Source: Coriobacteriia bacterium
Lineage (GTDB): Bacteria; Actinomycetota; Coriobacteriia; Anaerosomatales; PALSA-660
Length of the DNA stretch: 24,000 nucleotides
Direction: 5' to 3'
NCBI GenBank assembly: GCA_025361445.1
Contig: JANYLP010000084.1
Location: forward strand, 1,009-25,008
The notes under the pieces were generated by a model. The model was not told where the DNA came from. It saw only the letters and a list, made by a program, of their open reading frames with translations, and made no database searches. Numbering within the stretch: the stretch's first letter is position 1; every line of letters starts with the position of its first letter. The translations under genes were made by a program, and so were the position numbers. Below are positions 10,049 through 18,097 of the stretch, piece after piece.

Positions 10049-10086
10049 CACGAAGGTCCCGGCGCTCGAGCGTCGGGACCTTCGTG
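10049..10086 (+). terminator. Strong GC-rich hairpin downstream of ahcY, terminator-like but with a weak U-tract
   Basis: CACGAAGGTCCCG (10049-10061) pairs perfectly with CGGGACCTTCGTG (10074-10086). The 12-nt loop can add 4 more pairs. The hairpin is followed by TGTGTCC. Confidence 0.55.
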
Positions 10087-10161
10087 TGTCCGACGACGCG
10101 GAGCCGCTACACTACTGACGCTCGCGTGAGTCAGCAAACGAATCCGATGATGTGGAGCCCG

Positions 10162-11406
10162 ATGGCGATCAGCGACATCCCCCAGACTCTGTGGTGGGCC
10201 GAGGACGAGACGACCGGGCTTCCCTCGGTGTACTTGGTGGATCAGTCACGCCTTCCGCTCGCGGGCGACGTGCTCGTGTGCAGCGTGTACGCGGGCGTGT
10301 GTCGGGCGATCGCGGGCATGGCCGTGCGCGGCGCGCCTGCTCTGGGAGTGGCTGCCGCGATGGCTGTCGCTTTGTGGGCCACGAACGAGACCGCGGACAT
10401 CACCGGCGTCGACGAGTTCCTCGCGCGCCTCGACGAAGTCGCGGCCGAGATCGCAGCGACGAGGCCGACCGCGGTCAACCTCGCGTGGGGCGCGGAGCGC
10501 ATGCGCGGCCTCGCCCATCGGAACTCGTTCCTGGACCTCGCCTCGATGCGCGATCTGCTCGTCGCCGAGGCGCTTACGATGGCCGCCGAGGACGAGTCGC
10601 GCAACCGCAGGATCGGCGAACTCGGAGCCGAGCTGCTCCCCGAGGGCGCTCAGGTTCTCACGCACTGCAACGCCGGCTCGCTGGCGACCGCGTACTTCGG
10701 GACCGCGCTCGGCGTCATCTTCACCGCGCACGAGCAGGGCAAGCTCGCCGGCGTGTGGGTGGATGAGACGCGCCCGGTCCTGCAGGGGGCGCGCCTCACC
10801 GCGTGGGAGCTGCGTATGGCGGGCGTGCCGTTCCGCCTCATCACCGACAGCATGGCGGCGTCGATCATGCGTGCCGGCTGGGTCGATGCGGTCATCGTCG
10901 GCGCCGATCGCATCGCCGCCAACGGTGACACCGCCAACAAGATCGGGACCTACGGGCTCGCCGTCCTGTGCAAGGAGCACGGCATCCCGTTCTACGTGGC
11001 GGCGCCGACGTCCACCGTGGACCTCACACTTTCCGACGGTGACGGCATCGTGATCGAGGAGCGGGACCCCCGTGAGGTCACGGGCATCTCGTTCTCGGGC
11101 GTGATCGAGCCGGCTTCGGCAGCCGAGATCACCGCGCTGGATGCGCTCACCCGCGAAGGTCCCTGGGAAGTCCCGGTGGCCCGGGGCCACGTCATGGACA
11201 TCACCCGCAAGGGCGGCGCCTATCAGATCGACGGCTGGGTCCGCGTCGCGCCTCCGGGTGTCGAGGTCTTCAACCCGGGCTTCGATGTGACGCCCGCCGC
11301 CTACATCACCGCGATCATCACGGAGAACGGCGTCGCCAAGCCGGACTTCGTGGCTTCGCTCGCGTCCGCGTGTGAGGGCTCGGGCGCGATACACGAACTG
11401 GGGTAG
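10162..11406 (+). CDS. mtnA: Methylthioribose-1-phosphate isomerase (eIF-2B alpha/beta/delta-related family)
   Basis: Motifs: VRGAPALG, TRPTAVNL, THCNAGSLAT, VDETRPVLQGARLTAWEL, GADRIAANGDTANKIGTY, FYVAAPTSTVD and NPGFDVTP. I prefer ATG 10162 (GGAG 5 nt upstream); ATG 10147 is the alternative. The track's start at 10033 lies inside the terminator hairpin region. Confidence 0.85.
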   Translation: MAISDIPQTLWWAEDETTGLPSVYLVDQSRLPLAGDVLVCSVYAGVCRAIAGMAVRGAPALGVAAAMAVALWATNETADITGVDEFLARLDEVAAEIAATRPTAVNLAWGAERMRGLAHRNSFLDLASMRDLLVAEALTMAAEDESRNRRIGELGAELLPEGAQVLTHCNAGSLATAYFGTALGVIFTAHEQGKLAGVWVDETRPVLQGARLTAWELRMAGVPFRLITDSMAASIMRAGWVDAVIVGADRIAANGDTANKIGTYGLAVLCKEHGIPFYVAAPTSTVDLTLSDGDGIVIEERDPREVTGISFSGVIEPASAAEITALDALTREGPWEVPVARGHVMDITRKGGAYQIDGWVRVAPPGVEVFNPGFDVTPAAYITAIITENGVAKPDFVASLASACEGSGAIHELG

Positions 11407-11454
11407 GCACCCGGTCGGAGGCGGGTCGGGGAGTGGTCGACCCCGGTCGCGAGA

Positions 11455-12246
11455 ATGGTGTCAACCGGACGCATCACCGAGAGTGCCCGGACGCCACTGA
11501 CGCCGAAGGTGCCCGACGTGCCGTTCGACTTCGCCGTGCAAGACCATGCTGCTCTGCGCGCGGCAGGATCGGCCATCGCCGACCTGTTCTGGCCGCAGCG
11601 CTGCGCCGGTTGCGACCTGCCCGGCACGCTGCTGTGCGACGAGTGCCGGCGCAATCTCGCGCTCATCGATCCGGCGCATGCCTGTCCGCGGTGCGGCGCG
11701 CCCGACGGCGACCACGGTTGCGCCGAATGCGGCTGCAGCGAGTTCACCTTCGCGGCCGCGCGGTGCGCCGGGGTCTTCGAATGGCCGCTGTCCCGCATGG
11801 TCACGCTGCACAAGGATGCAGGCGAGCTGCGGCTGACTCCGCTGCTCGCGCGACTCGCGGCGGACGCGGCCGGCGATTGGTGCGCCTGGGCGGACTGCGT
11901 CGTGGTGCTGCCGGCGTCGCCGGGCGCCTTCGCCCGCCGCGGCTTCGACCACGGTGCCCTGCTCGCGGCGGAGTTCGCACACATCGCGGGCCCGCCTGCG
12001 CTCGACGCTTTGCGGGCGCGTCCGCGTCGCGATCAGCGACACCTGTCGCGGCAGGGCCGCAACGAGAACGCCGACGCTTCCATCATCGCGTGCCCGGGCG
12101 CGCACGTGCCCGAGCGCGTCTTTCTGATCGACGACGTCATGACAACAGGGGCGACGGCGGAAGCGGCCACCGGTGCCTTGCTGCGTGCGGGGGCCCACGA
12201 GGTTCGCGTGCTCGCAGTGGCGCGTGCCTGCGGGGGGCGCCTGTAG
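11455..12246 (+). CDS. comFC: ComF-family protein (ComFC-like phosphoribosyltransferase-fold protein)
   Basis: The N-terminus has a double Cys-pair zinc-finger pattern: CAGC..LCDEC, then CPRCG..CAEC. The C-terminus has the PRTase motif VFLIDDVMTTGAT. Confidence 0.8.
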   Translation: MVSTGRITESARTPLTPKVPDVPFDFAVQDHAALRAAGSAIADLFWPQRCAGCDLPGTLLCDECRRNLALIDPAHACPRCGAPDGDHGCAECGCSEFTFAAARCAGVFEWPLSRMVTLHKDAGELRLTPLLARLAADAAGDWCAWADCVVVLPASPGAFARRGFDHGALLAAEFAHIAGPPALDALRARPRRDQRHLSRQGRNENADASIIACPGAHVPERVFLIDDVMTTGATAEAATGALLRAGAHEVRVLAVARACGGRL

Positions 12247-12294
12247 GCGTCGGTCGCAGGCTCGGTGTCGGGCGACAGGCACGCGCGGCTGCCC

Positions 12295-12303
12295 TGCTAC
12301 AAT
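12295..12303 (+). promoter_or_regulatory. Candidate extended -10 promoter (TGcTACAAT) for the ABC-transporter leader
   Basis: TG-n-TACAAT at 12295-12303 is the only AT-rich hexamer in the comFC-to-SBP spacer. No good -35 element is present. Confidence 0.35.
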
Positions 12304-12597
12304 CGACGCGCTTCCACCCGGGTCTGTGGTTGCGGGCCGCGCTTCGGCGGGGCCCTAGTCCATGGTAGACGCGGCCGAAAGGATCCACGTAAGCCGGCGG
12401 GAAACCGTCGCGCGAGCATGGCGCGTCTTAGGGGTAAGTCGTACCGCTCGGTTCAGGTCGCATACCGCGGCCCCGGGCGAGAGGGCTATTAGTGAGATCA
12501 CATCAAGCGAACGTCCCGGTATGCGAGTGTGGGGCCAAAGACCAGGTCAGCCGGGTGGAAGCGCCCTTACGGCTGCGACGGGATCGGGGAGTAGGAC
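12304..12597 (+). promoter_or_regulatory. Long GC-rich structured 5' leader of the amino-acid ABC operon; candidate cis-regulatory RNA, class not identified
   Basis: The 351-bp non-coding gap contains several stable hairpins. These include a UUCG-capped hairpin (12334-12355), a GAAA-capped hairpin (12395-12410), a composite stem (about 12431-12474) and a bulged hairpin (12548-12575). The last sits just 5' of the SD GGGGAG (12586-12591). Confidence 0.35.
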
Positions 12598-13452
12598 ATG
12601 AGGCGACGCATCATCACCGTCCTGGCACTTGGGGCGCTGCTCGTGTCGGTCAGCGGATGTGTCGGGGCGATCAGCGCTACCACGCTCACGCCCAAGGTGT
12701 CGCCGCCGGTCATCGGTAAGGAAGGCGTCCTGAGCGTCGCGGTCGACCTGAGCTACCCGCCGTTCGCCGGGAGCGTCAAGGATCAGAAGGCCGGCATCGA
12801 CGTCGACGTCGCCGCCGCGGTGGCCGAGCAGCTCGGCCTCAAGCTCGAGCTGGTCGACGCGACGCCTGCCGTCGCGATGGGGCTTATCAAGGACGGGTCG
12901 GTCGACCTGATGCTCGGAGGGCTCACTGTCGAGTCGGCCGTGGCCTCGCAGGTCGCCTTCGCCGGGACGTACATCTCCGACGCCCCAGCCGTCTTCGCGA
13001 TGAAGGGGGGCGTCGTCTCGATCGGCGCGCTCGGCACCAAGCGGATCGCCGTGCAGAAGGGCACCCTCGCTTACTGGATCCTCGTCGACAAGTACGGCGA
13101 GAGTTCCCTGCTCGTCGTGCCAAGCTTTGATGAGGCATTCAAGTCGGTTAAGGCGGGCACGGCCGATGTCGCTGCCGGCGATGCGCTGCTGGGTGCCTAT
13201 CTGATGCGCGGGTACACGGACATCCAGTTCGCATTCCAGCTCGGCAGCGCCTATCCGATCGGAGTCGGGGTATCGCAGGCCAAGCCCGACCTTGAGACCC
13301 AGATCCGCTCGGTGCTCGACAAGCTCTCGTCGCAGGGAGTCCTCCAGACGATCCGCAGCAAGTGGATCGGGGAGTTGCCTCCGCTGAAGGTGACCGACAC
13401 GTCGGGAGCGAGCGAGACCTCTCCGACGGTCGAGACGACGCCCACGCCCTAA
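12598..13452 (+). CDS. Polar amino-acid ABC transporter substrate-binding lipoprotein (family 3 SBP)
   Basis: The SD GGGGAG lies 6 nt upstream. The protein starts with a lipoprotein signal, MRRRIITVLALGALLVSVSGC. SBP-3 features are LSYPPFAG, GIDVDVA and SVDLMLGGLTV. The tail is Thr/Pro/Ser-rich. Confidence 0.88.
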   Translation: MRRRIITVLALGALLVSVSGCVGAISATTLTPKVSPPVIGKEGVLSVAVDLSYPPFAGSVKDQKAGIDVDVAAAVAEQLGLKLELVDATPAVAMGLIKDGSVDLMLGGLTVESAVASQVAFAGTYISDAPAVFAMKGGVVSIGALGTKRIAVQKGTLAYWILVDKYGESSLLVVPSFDEAFKSVKAGTADVAAGDALLGAYLMRGYTDIQFAFQLGSAYPIGVGVSQAKPDLETQIRSVLDKLSSQGVLQTIRSKWIGELPPLKVTDTSGASETSPTVETTPTP

Positions 13453-13653
13453 CCTCGACTCCCGCTGCAGCACTGCGGCGCAGCGCCGCGTGGACGGGGA
13501 GGCGCGGAGTATCCGTTACAGACGCCCGGCCGAACGCAGATCGCGCTTCGTGTACTACGCGGAAACGCATCGTATGGTGTAGGATATGCGCGTCTGAAGG
13601 TCGATGGCGGGTCTGGCCATGTCGGTCCGGTCCGTCTTCCATGAGGAGGAAAG

Positions 13654-14493
13654 ATGGCGAAGTACGGCAAGCTGTTCGCGTTGCTCACGATCGCCGCTCT
13701 CGTCTTGAGCGCGTTCGCGGTCGGTGGCTGCACCGCCCCGGCAACGACCACCCCGCCGAAGACCACCGAGACGTCGACGACGCCTCCTCCGGCACCGACC
13801 TACAAGCTCGTGTTCCCCGGCAAGCTCACGGTCGGTTCCGACCTCGACTTCCCGCCGATGGAGCAGCTCAACGGCACGACTCCTGAGGGCTTCGACGTCG
13901 ACATCATGAAGGCCATCGCACGGGAGCTCAAGCTCGAGATCAACTACCTGCCGCCGCAGAACTTCGACGCGCTCATCGCGCTCGTCAACGGTGGCAAGTT
14001 CGACGTCATCGCTTCGTCGATGACGATCAACGACGACCGCAAGAAGCTCATCGTGTTCTCGGATCCGATGTTCGAGTCGAACCAGTCGATCGCGATGAAG
14101 GCCGGCTCGACCTACACCGCGCCCGCGGACTTGAAGGGCAAGAAGGTCGGCGTGCAGTCCGGCACCACCGGCTTCGACTGGGCCAACGAGTTCCTGAAGC
14201 CCGCCGGCGCCACGGTCGTTCCGTTCACCAAGACCAGCCAGGCGTTCGCGGCCCTTGAGGCCGGCAACGTCCAGGCCGTCGTCAACGATCTGCCGATCAC
14301 CAACGAGATCGTCAAGGACGCCTCCAAGGGCCTTGTCATCGTCAAGCAGATCCCGACGGGCGAGCTCTACGGCCTCGGCGTCGCGCTGGACAATGCGGAT
14401 CTCGCCACTGCCATGAACGCCGCGCTCAAGACGATCAAGGCCTCGGGCGAGTACAAGACGATCTACGAGAAGTGGATCGGCCCGATGCAGTAG
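13654..14493 (+). CDS. Polar amino-acid ABC transporter substrate-binding lipoprotein (second family 3 SBP)
   Basis: GAGGAGGAAAG lies upstream. The lipobox is AFAVGGC, followed by a PT-rich linker. SBP-3 features are DLDFPPME, GFDVDIMKAIA, FDVIASSMTI and YEKWIG. Confidence 0.9.
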   Translation: MAKYGKLFALLTIAALVLSAFAVGGCTAPATTTPPKTTETSTTPPPAPTYKLVFPGKLTVGSDLDFPPMEQLNGTTPEGFDVDIMKAIARELKLEINYLPPQNFDALIALVNGGKFDVIASSMTINDDRKKLIVFSDPMFESNQSIAMKAGSTYTAPADLKGKKVGVQSGTTGFDWANEFLKPAGATVVPFTKTSQAFAALEAGNVQAVVNDLPITNEIVKDASKGLVIVKQIPTGELYGLGVALDNADLATAMNAALKTIKASGEYKTIYEKWIGPMQ

Positions 14494-14527
14494 CCGCTTC
14501 GGCGGACTCGCGTGTGATTGATCACGG

Positions 14528-14557
14528 GGAGGGCCTCCGGCTTGCGCCGGGGGCCCT
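14528..14557 (+). promoter_or_regulatory. Intercistronic stem-loop between the binding-protein and permease genes
   Basis: GAGGGCC-T-CCGGC-TTGC-GCCGG-G-GGCCCTC forms 12 bp. A CCGC-TTCG-GCGG hairpin also lies at 14494-14505, right after the stop. No U-tract follows. Such hairpins could give differential mRNA stability between SBP and membrane components. Confidence 0.4.
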
Positions 14558-14580
14558 CACTTCAGGGGATCGAGCGAACG

Positions 14581-15918
14581 ATGACGATGTCGCGCGCAGG
14601 GCTTAGGCGAGTATCACTGTTGTTGACCGCGAGCGCGCTTGCGCTCATGTTCCTGATGTCCACAGCCGTCCCGGCCTTCGCCGCGGACGCGCTTCAGGGC
14701 ACCACGTTCACGCTGAACCAGACGAGCGGCGGTAAGCCGACGCGCTTCACTTTCTCGACCGTCGTGACCCAACAGATCGACTCCCTTGCACTCGGGTTCC
14801 CCGAGGGCTTCGACCTCAAGGCCATCACGCTCGACGTCGTCACCCTGGACGGCCTGAAGCGGATCCCGGTGACGTTCACGCAGTCGGTCGAGGGCCAGAG
14901 CGTGAAGCTGGTCTTCGATCCTCCGATCAAGGCCGGCTTTGAACTGCGGGTCCAGATCTACCAGGTGGTCCTCCCGATGGAGGGTGGTCAGTACAACGCC
15001 ACCATCGACTACGTGTCGGCGGGCGTTCCCGGCCACACGACGACCCCTCCGTTCTCGTTCGACACGTTCACGTCCGTCCAGGCGATCAGCGGCTGGCTTG
15101 ACGAGCAGGGGTGGGTCAAGAGCTGGAACTCCGTCAAGTTCCTGAACCTGTTCATGCAGCCCCAGATGATGGTGACGTCCGCGCCGATCCTGTTCACCGG
15201 TTGGCTCATGTCCATCGCGCTTGTCGGTGTCGCGTTCCCGTTCGCGATCGCCGGGGGGCTGCTCCTGGCATTCGCCAAGATGTCGAAGCTGTGGCCAGTG
15301 CGCTTCATCTCCAACATCTACATCAACGTCATACGAGGAACGCCGCTCTTCCTGCAGATATTCATCGCGTTCGTAGGCTTGCCGATAGCCGGTATGACCG
15401 GCATCCCGCTGTTCCCGACCGGCGTGATCGTGCTCGCGCTGAACAGCTCCGCTTACCTGGCTGAGATCTTCCGCGCGGGTATTCAGTCGATCAGCAAGGG
15501 ACAGTTCGAGGCCGCAAGCTCGCTTGGGATGAGCTACCCCAAGGCGATGGCCTTCGTCATCATCCCGCAGACCGTCAAGCGCGTTCTGCCGACGATGACC
15601 TCCGAGTTCATCTTGCTCTTCAAGGACACCGCGTTGCTCTCCGCCGTCGGAGTGTTCGAGCTGATGCTCTACAGCAACAGTATCGCCACCCGCAGCGGCA
15701 ACCTCACACCGTTCATGGTCGCGGCCGTCTACTACCTGATCATCACCGTGCCGCTCATCAATTGGGTCACCGGCCTTGAGAAGCGCCTGGCGATCTCCGA
15801 GGGCGGTCAGGCGGCATCCGACAATACCGGCGGCCGTCGTCGTCGACGCTGGTGGCCCGCATCGGCGAGCGCCGAGGCCGATCGACAGGCATCCGCCGCC
15901 CAACACGAGTCGAGGTAG
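14581..15918 (+). CDS. Amino-acid ABC transporter permease (His/Glu/Gln/Arg/opine family) with an extra exported N-terminal domain of about 190 aa
   Basis: The C-terminal half has the family motifs [20 protein letters not shown] and [28 protein letters not shown]. The N-terminus is [34 protein letters not shown] followed by a beta-rich region that does not resemble an SBP. The C-terminal tail is Arg-rich. Confidence 0.85.
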   Translation: MTMSRAGLRRVSLLLTASALALMFLMSTAVPAFAADALQGTTFTLNQTSGGKPTRFTFSTVVTQQIDSLALGFPEGFDLKAITLDVVTLDGLKRIPVTFTQSVEGQSVKLVFDPPIKAGFELRVQIYQVVLPMEGGQYNATIDYVSAGVPGHTTTPPFSFDTFTSVQAISGWLDEQGWVKSWNSVKFLNLFMQPQMMVTSAPILFTGWLMSIALVGVAFPFAIAGGLLLAFAKMSKLWPVRFISNIYINVIRGTPLFLQIFIAFVGLPIAGMTGIPLFPTGVIVLALNSSAYLAEIFRAGIQSISKGQFEAASSLGMSYPKAMAFVIIPQTVKRVLPTMTSEFILLFKDTALLSAVGVFELMLYSNSIATRSGNLTPFMVAAVYYLIITVPLINWVTGLEKRLAISEGGQAASDNTGGRRRRRWWPASASAEADRQASAAQHESR

Positions 15919-15923
15919 ACGAG

Positions 15924-16658
15924 ATGACACAGCCGATCGTCCGCATCCAGAACCTGAAGAAGTCCTTCGGCTCGCTGGAGGTCCTCAAGGACGTCGATCT
16001 CGAGGTGACGAAGGGCGAGGTGGTCGTCATCCTCGGTCCGTCCGGCTCCGGCAAGTCCACGCTTCTCCGGTGCATCAACCGGCTCGAGGAGCCGACCGGC
16101 GGCCACATCTGGTTCGAGGACGTCGAGATCACCGACCCCAAGACGAACATCAACGACGTGCGCGAGCACATCGGCATGGTCTTCCAGAGCTTCAACCTGT
16201 TCCCGCACCTCACCGCCAAGGGCAACGTCATGCTCGCGCAGCGCAAGGTCCTCAGGCGCGACAAGGCCGAAGCGGACCGGATCGCCGTCGAGCAGCTGGT
16301 CAAGGTCGGGCTCGGCGACCGCGCCGACTACTACCCCGCGCAGCTCTCGGGCGGTCAGCAGCAGCGCGTCGCCATAGCGCGGGCGCTCGCCATGGACCCG
16401 CACGTGATGCTCTTCGACGAGGTGACCTCGGCGCTCGACCCGGAGCTCGTCCGCGGCGTGCTCGACGTCATGAAGGCGCTCGCGGCGGGTGGTATGACGA
16501 TGCTCGTGGTCACCCACGAGATGGGTTTCGCGCGCGATGTCGCCTCCCGTGTCGTATTCATGGACGAGGGCGTCATCTGCGAGCAGGGCACCCCAGAAGA
16601 GGTATTCGACCACCCGAAGTCGGATCGCACGAAGGACTTCCTCGGCCACATCAGGTAG
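15924..16658 (+). CDS. Polar amino-acid ABC transporter ATP-binding protein (GlnQ/ArtP-like)
   Basis: GAGG lies 8 nt upstream of ATG 15924. Motifs: Walker [16 protein letters not shown], signature [17 protein letters not shown], Walker [14 protein letters not shown] and VTHEMGFA. Confidence 0.93.
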   Translation: MTQPIVRIQNLKKSFGSLEVLKDVDLEVTKGEVVVILGPSGSGKSTLLRCINRLEEPTGGHIWFEDVEITDPKTNINDVREHIGMVFQSFNLFPHLTAKGNVMLAQRKVLRRDKAEADRIAVEQLVKVGLGDRADYYPAQLSGGQQQRVAIARALAMDPHVMLFDEVTSALDPELVRGVLDVMKALAAGGMTMLVVTHEMGFARDVASRVVFMDEGVICEQGTPEEVFDHPKSDRTKDFLGHIR

Positions 16659-16725
16659 GACGCGGCCGGCCCGCTCCGCGGGGTACATAATGAGTGCGAG
16701 CGATCCCGCGACTAAGGAGTCTTCT

Positions 16726-17277
16726 ATGGCGACGGTGGACCGTCAGCACGACGCACTGCAGACGATCTTTTCGTTCTTCCTCGGGCTCATGGTCGTGGCA
16801 TTCATCGGCATTGGTTTGATCACTTTCTATCCCGCTCCCAACGGTTTCGCCAACTGGACGCCAGAGATCGAGGCCGCGCAGCAAGCGTGGCGGATGAACA
16901 CGAGCATCATCCTCGTTGTCTTGGCGACGGTCGTCATGGGCGTTTCCCTCTTCAGCGGCGACCAGCTCAAGGTCGTGTCGAACGGGCTTCTGCTCGGCGG
17001 AGCCTTCACGATGCTCTACGGGATGGGCTGGACGATCACCAGCGATTCCTCCTATGTCAGGTTCTTCGTCGTGCTGTTCTCGCTTGCCGTGACCGTGGGG
17101 CTCGGCTATGCGAAGTTCGTCTGGCTGCGCAAGGGCGAGGCCCCGGCGGCTGTTGCGGCCATCGCGGGCTCGGGAGTAGTGCCTGCTGACATCTCCGGGA
17201 TCGCGGCGCGCGTCGCCGCGCTCGAGGCGAGGACCAACGCCGCGGCTGCGGCGCTCGGAAAGCGCGAGGGCTACTGA
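16726..17277 (+). CDS. Hypothetical integral membrane protein (4 predicted TM helices, Ala-rich C-terminal helix)
   Basis: AAGGAG (14-19 of 167xx) lies 6 nt upstream of ATG 16726. ATG 16690 is the alternative start. Hydrophobic spans include FSFFLGLMVVAFIGIGLITF, IILVVLATVVMGVSLF, LLLGGAFTMLYGMGW and FFVVLFSLAVTVGLGY. I recognise no family. Confidence 0.6.
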   Translation: MATVDRQHDALQTIFSFFLGLMVVAFIGIGLITFYPAPNGFANWTPEIEAAQQAWRMNTSIILVVLATVVMGVSLFSGDQLKVVSNGLLLGGAFTMLYGMGWTITSDSSYVRFFVVLFSLAVTVGLGYAKFVWLRKGEAPAAVAAIAGSGVVPADISGIAARVAALEARTNAAAAALGKREGY

Positions 17278-17337
17278 GTCACGCGACTAGTCGAACGTGC
17301 CGTTCGTGCCTGGTGAGCCGCAGAGGAGACTCGCGAG

Positions 17338-17886
17338 ATGGATATCGTCATCAAGGGTCGTCGATTGGACGTCACGCTCGAACTCAAGGCGTATGCGGAT
17401 GAGAAGGTCGGCAAGGTCGCGCACATCCTGAATGGGCTCGCGATCAGCACGGAAGTGGAGCTCTACCACGAGCGCAACCGGTCGATCGGCGAGCACGAGG
17501 TCGCAGAGGTAACGCTCTTCACCAAAGGTCACGTGCTCCGGGCGCGCGAGACCGGCAGCGACATGAAGAGTGCCATCGACAAGGTCGCGGCGAAACTGGA
17601 GCGCCAGGCGCGCAAGTTCAAGGAGAAGGTCGTCGATCGCCACGTGGGCAAGGGAGCGGCAGCGCCGGTGGTTGCAGCGGCAGAGCCGGAGGCCGAGAGC
17701 GAGCCGGCCATCGTCAAGGTCAAGAAGGTCGACCTGAAGCCGATGAGCCGTGAAGAGGCGATCCTCCAGCTCGAGCTGCTGGGTCACGACTTCTTCCTCT
17801 TCGCGTCAGAAGGCGCCGACGAGATCGATCTCCTGTACCGGCGCCGGGACGGCGACTACGGTCTGCTGAGGTCGCGGCTGGGGTAG
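17338..17886 (+). CDS. hpf: Ribosome hibernation-promoting factor, long form
   Basis: GAGGAG lies upstream. The N-terminal S30AE/RaiA-like domain reads MDIVIKGRRLDVT..LKAYADEKVGKV. The C-terminal dimerisation domain reads KVKKVDLKPMSREEAILQLELLGHDFFLF...LYRRRDGDYGLL. Confidence 0.92.
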   Translation: MDIVIKGRRLDVTLELKAYADEKVGKVAHILNGLAISTEVELYHERNRSIGEHEVAEVTLFTKGHVLRARETGSDMKSAIDKVAAKLERQARKFKEKVVDRHVGKGAAAPVVAAAEPEAESEPAIVKVKKVDLKPMSREEAILQLELLGHDFFLFASEGADEIDLLYRRRDGDYGLLRSRLG

Positions 17887-17911
17887 GTTGTGGCGGCACA
17901 GAGCGCACCCA

Positions 17912-17947
17912 GGGGACCGGTCGAAGGCGACCGGCCCCTTCCTTGTT
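17912..17947 (+). terminator. Intrinsic terminator of hpf
   Basis: GGGG(A)CCGGTC - GAAGGC - GACCGGCCCC forms a 10-bp GC stem with one bulge. It is followed by the T-rich TTCCTTGTT. Confidence 0.65.
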
Positions 17948-17972
17948 AGGGGCGTCATGCACGGTCGTGTAT

Positions 17973-18000
17973 TGCCGCTGGCTTGACACTCGTCGAATGC
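17973..18000 (+). promoter_or_regulatory. Sigma70-like promoter: TTGACA, 16-nt spacer, GATACT
   Basis: A perfect -35 TTGACA sits at 17973-17978 and a -10-like GATACT at 17995-18000. The promoter lies just downstream of the hpf terminator and about 98 nt upstream of ATG 18098. Confidence 0.45.
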
Positions 18001-18097
18001 GCGGGATACTCTCGTCGCAGCCCCGCGCGCTTTGCGGGAGTTTCTTGGGGTGACTCGGGGTCTGACGCAGCCTTCATCGTAGATAGGGACCTCCCTC

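Noticed and set aside
12537-12575. ACCAGGTCAGCCGGGTGGAAGCGCCC resembles the SRP RNA helix-8 string (CCAGGUCAGGUCCGGAAGGAAGCAGCC) and the T-box core (GGGUGGUACCGCG).
   Set aside because: The GGAA cannot be placed as a tetraloop on the required stem. There is no room for the returning SRP strand before the SBP start codon. Upstream Stem-I/specifier features of T-boxes were not identifiable. It is kept only as part of the generic structured-leader finding.
12521-12601. A 26-codon uORF whose stop overlaps the SBP start codon (ATGA).
   Set aside because: No SD precedes ATG 12521, the peptide is Gly/Pro/Arg-rich like other shadow frames, and the ATGA overlap is probably fortuitous.
13463-13480. 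Hairpin after the first SBP gene as a terminator, and a promoter around TAGGAT (about 13586-13595) for the second SBP gene.
   Set aside because: The stem has only 7 bp including one G-U pair, with no U-tract. The candidate -10 has no acceptable -35 or TG extension. Evidence is too weak to list either as a feature.
14614-15930. 438-aa minus-strand ORF antisense to the ABC permease. Similar long minus-strand ORFs lie at 10246-11394, 7799-8755, 5850-6842, 15807-16688 and 11461-12282.
   Set aside because: Their translations are Arg/Gly/Asp/His-rich low-complexity sequences without motifs. Each lies exactly antisense to a + strand gene with clear family signatures. This is typical of stop-poor shadow frames in high-GC DNA.
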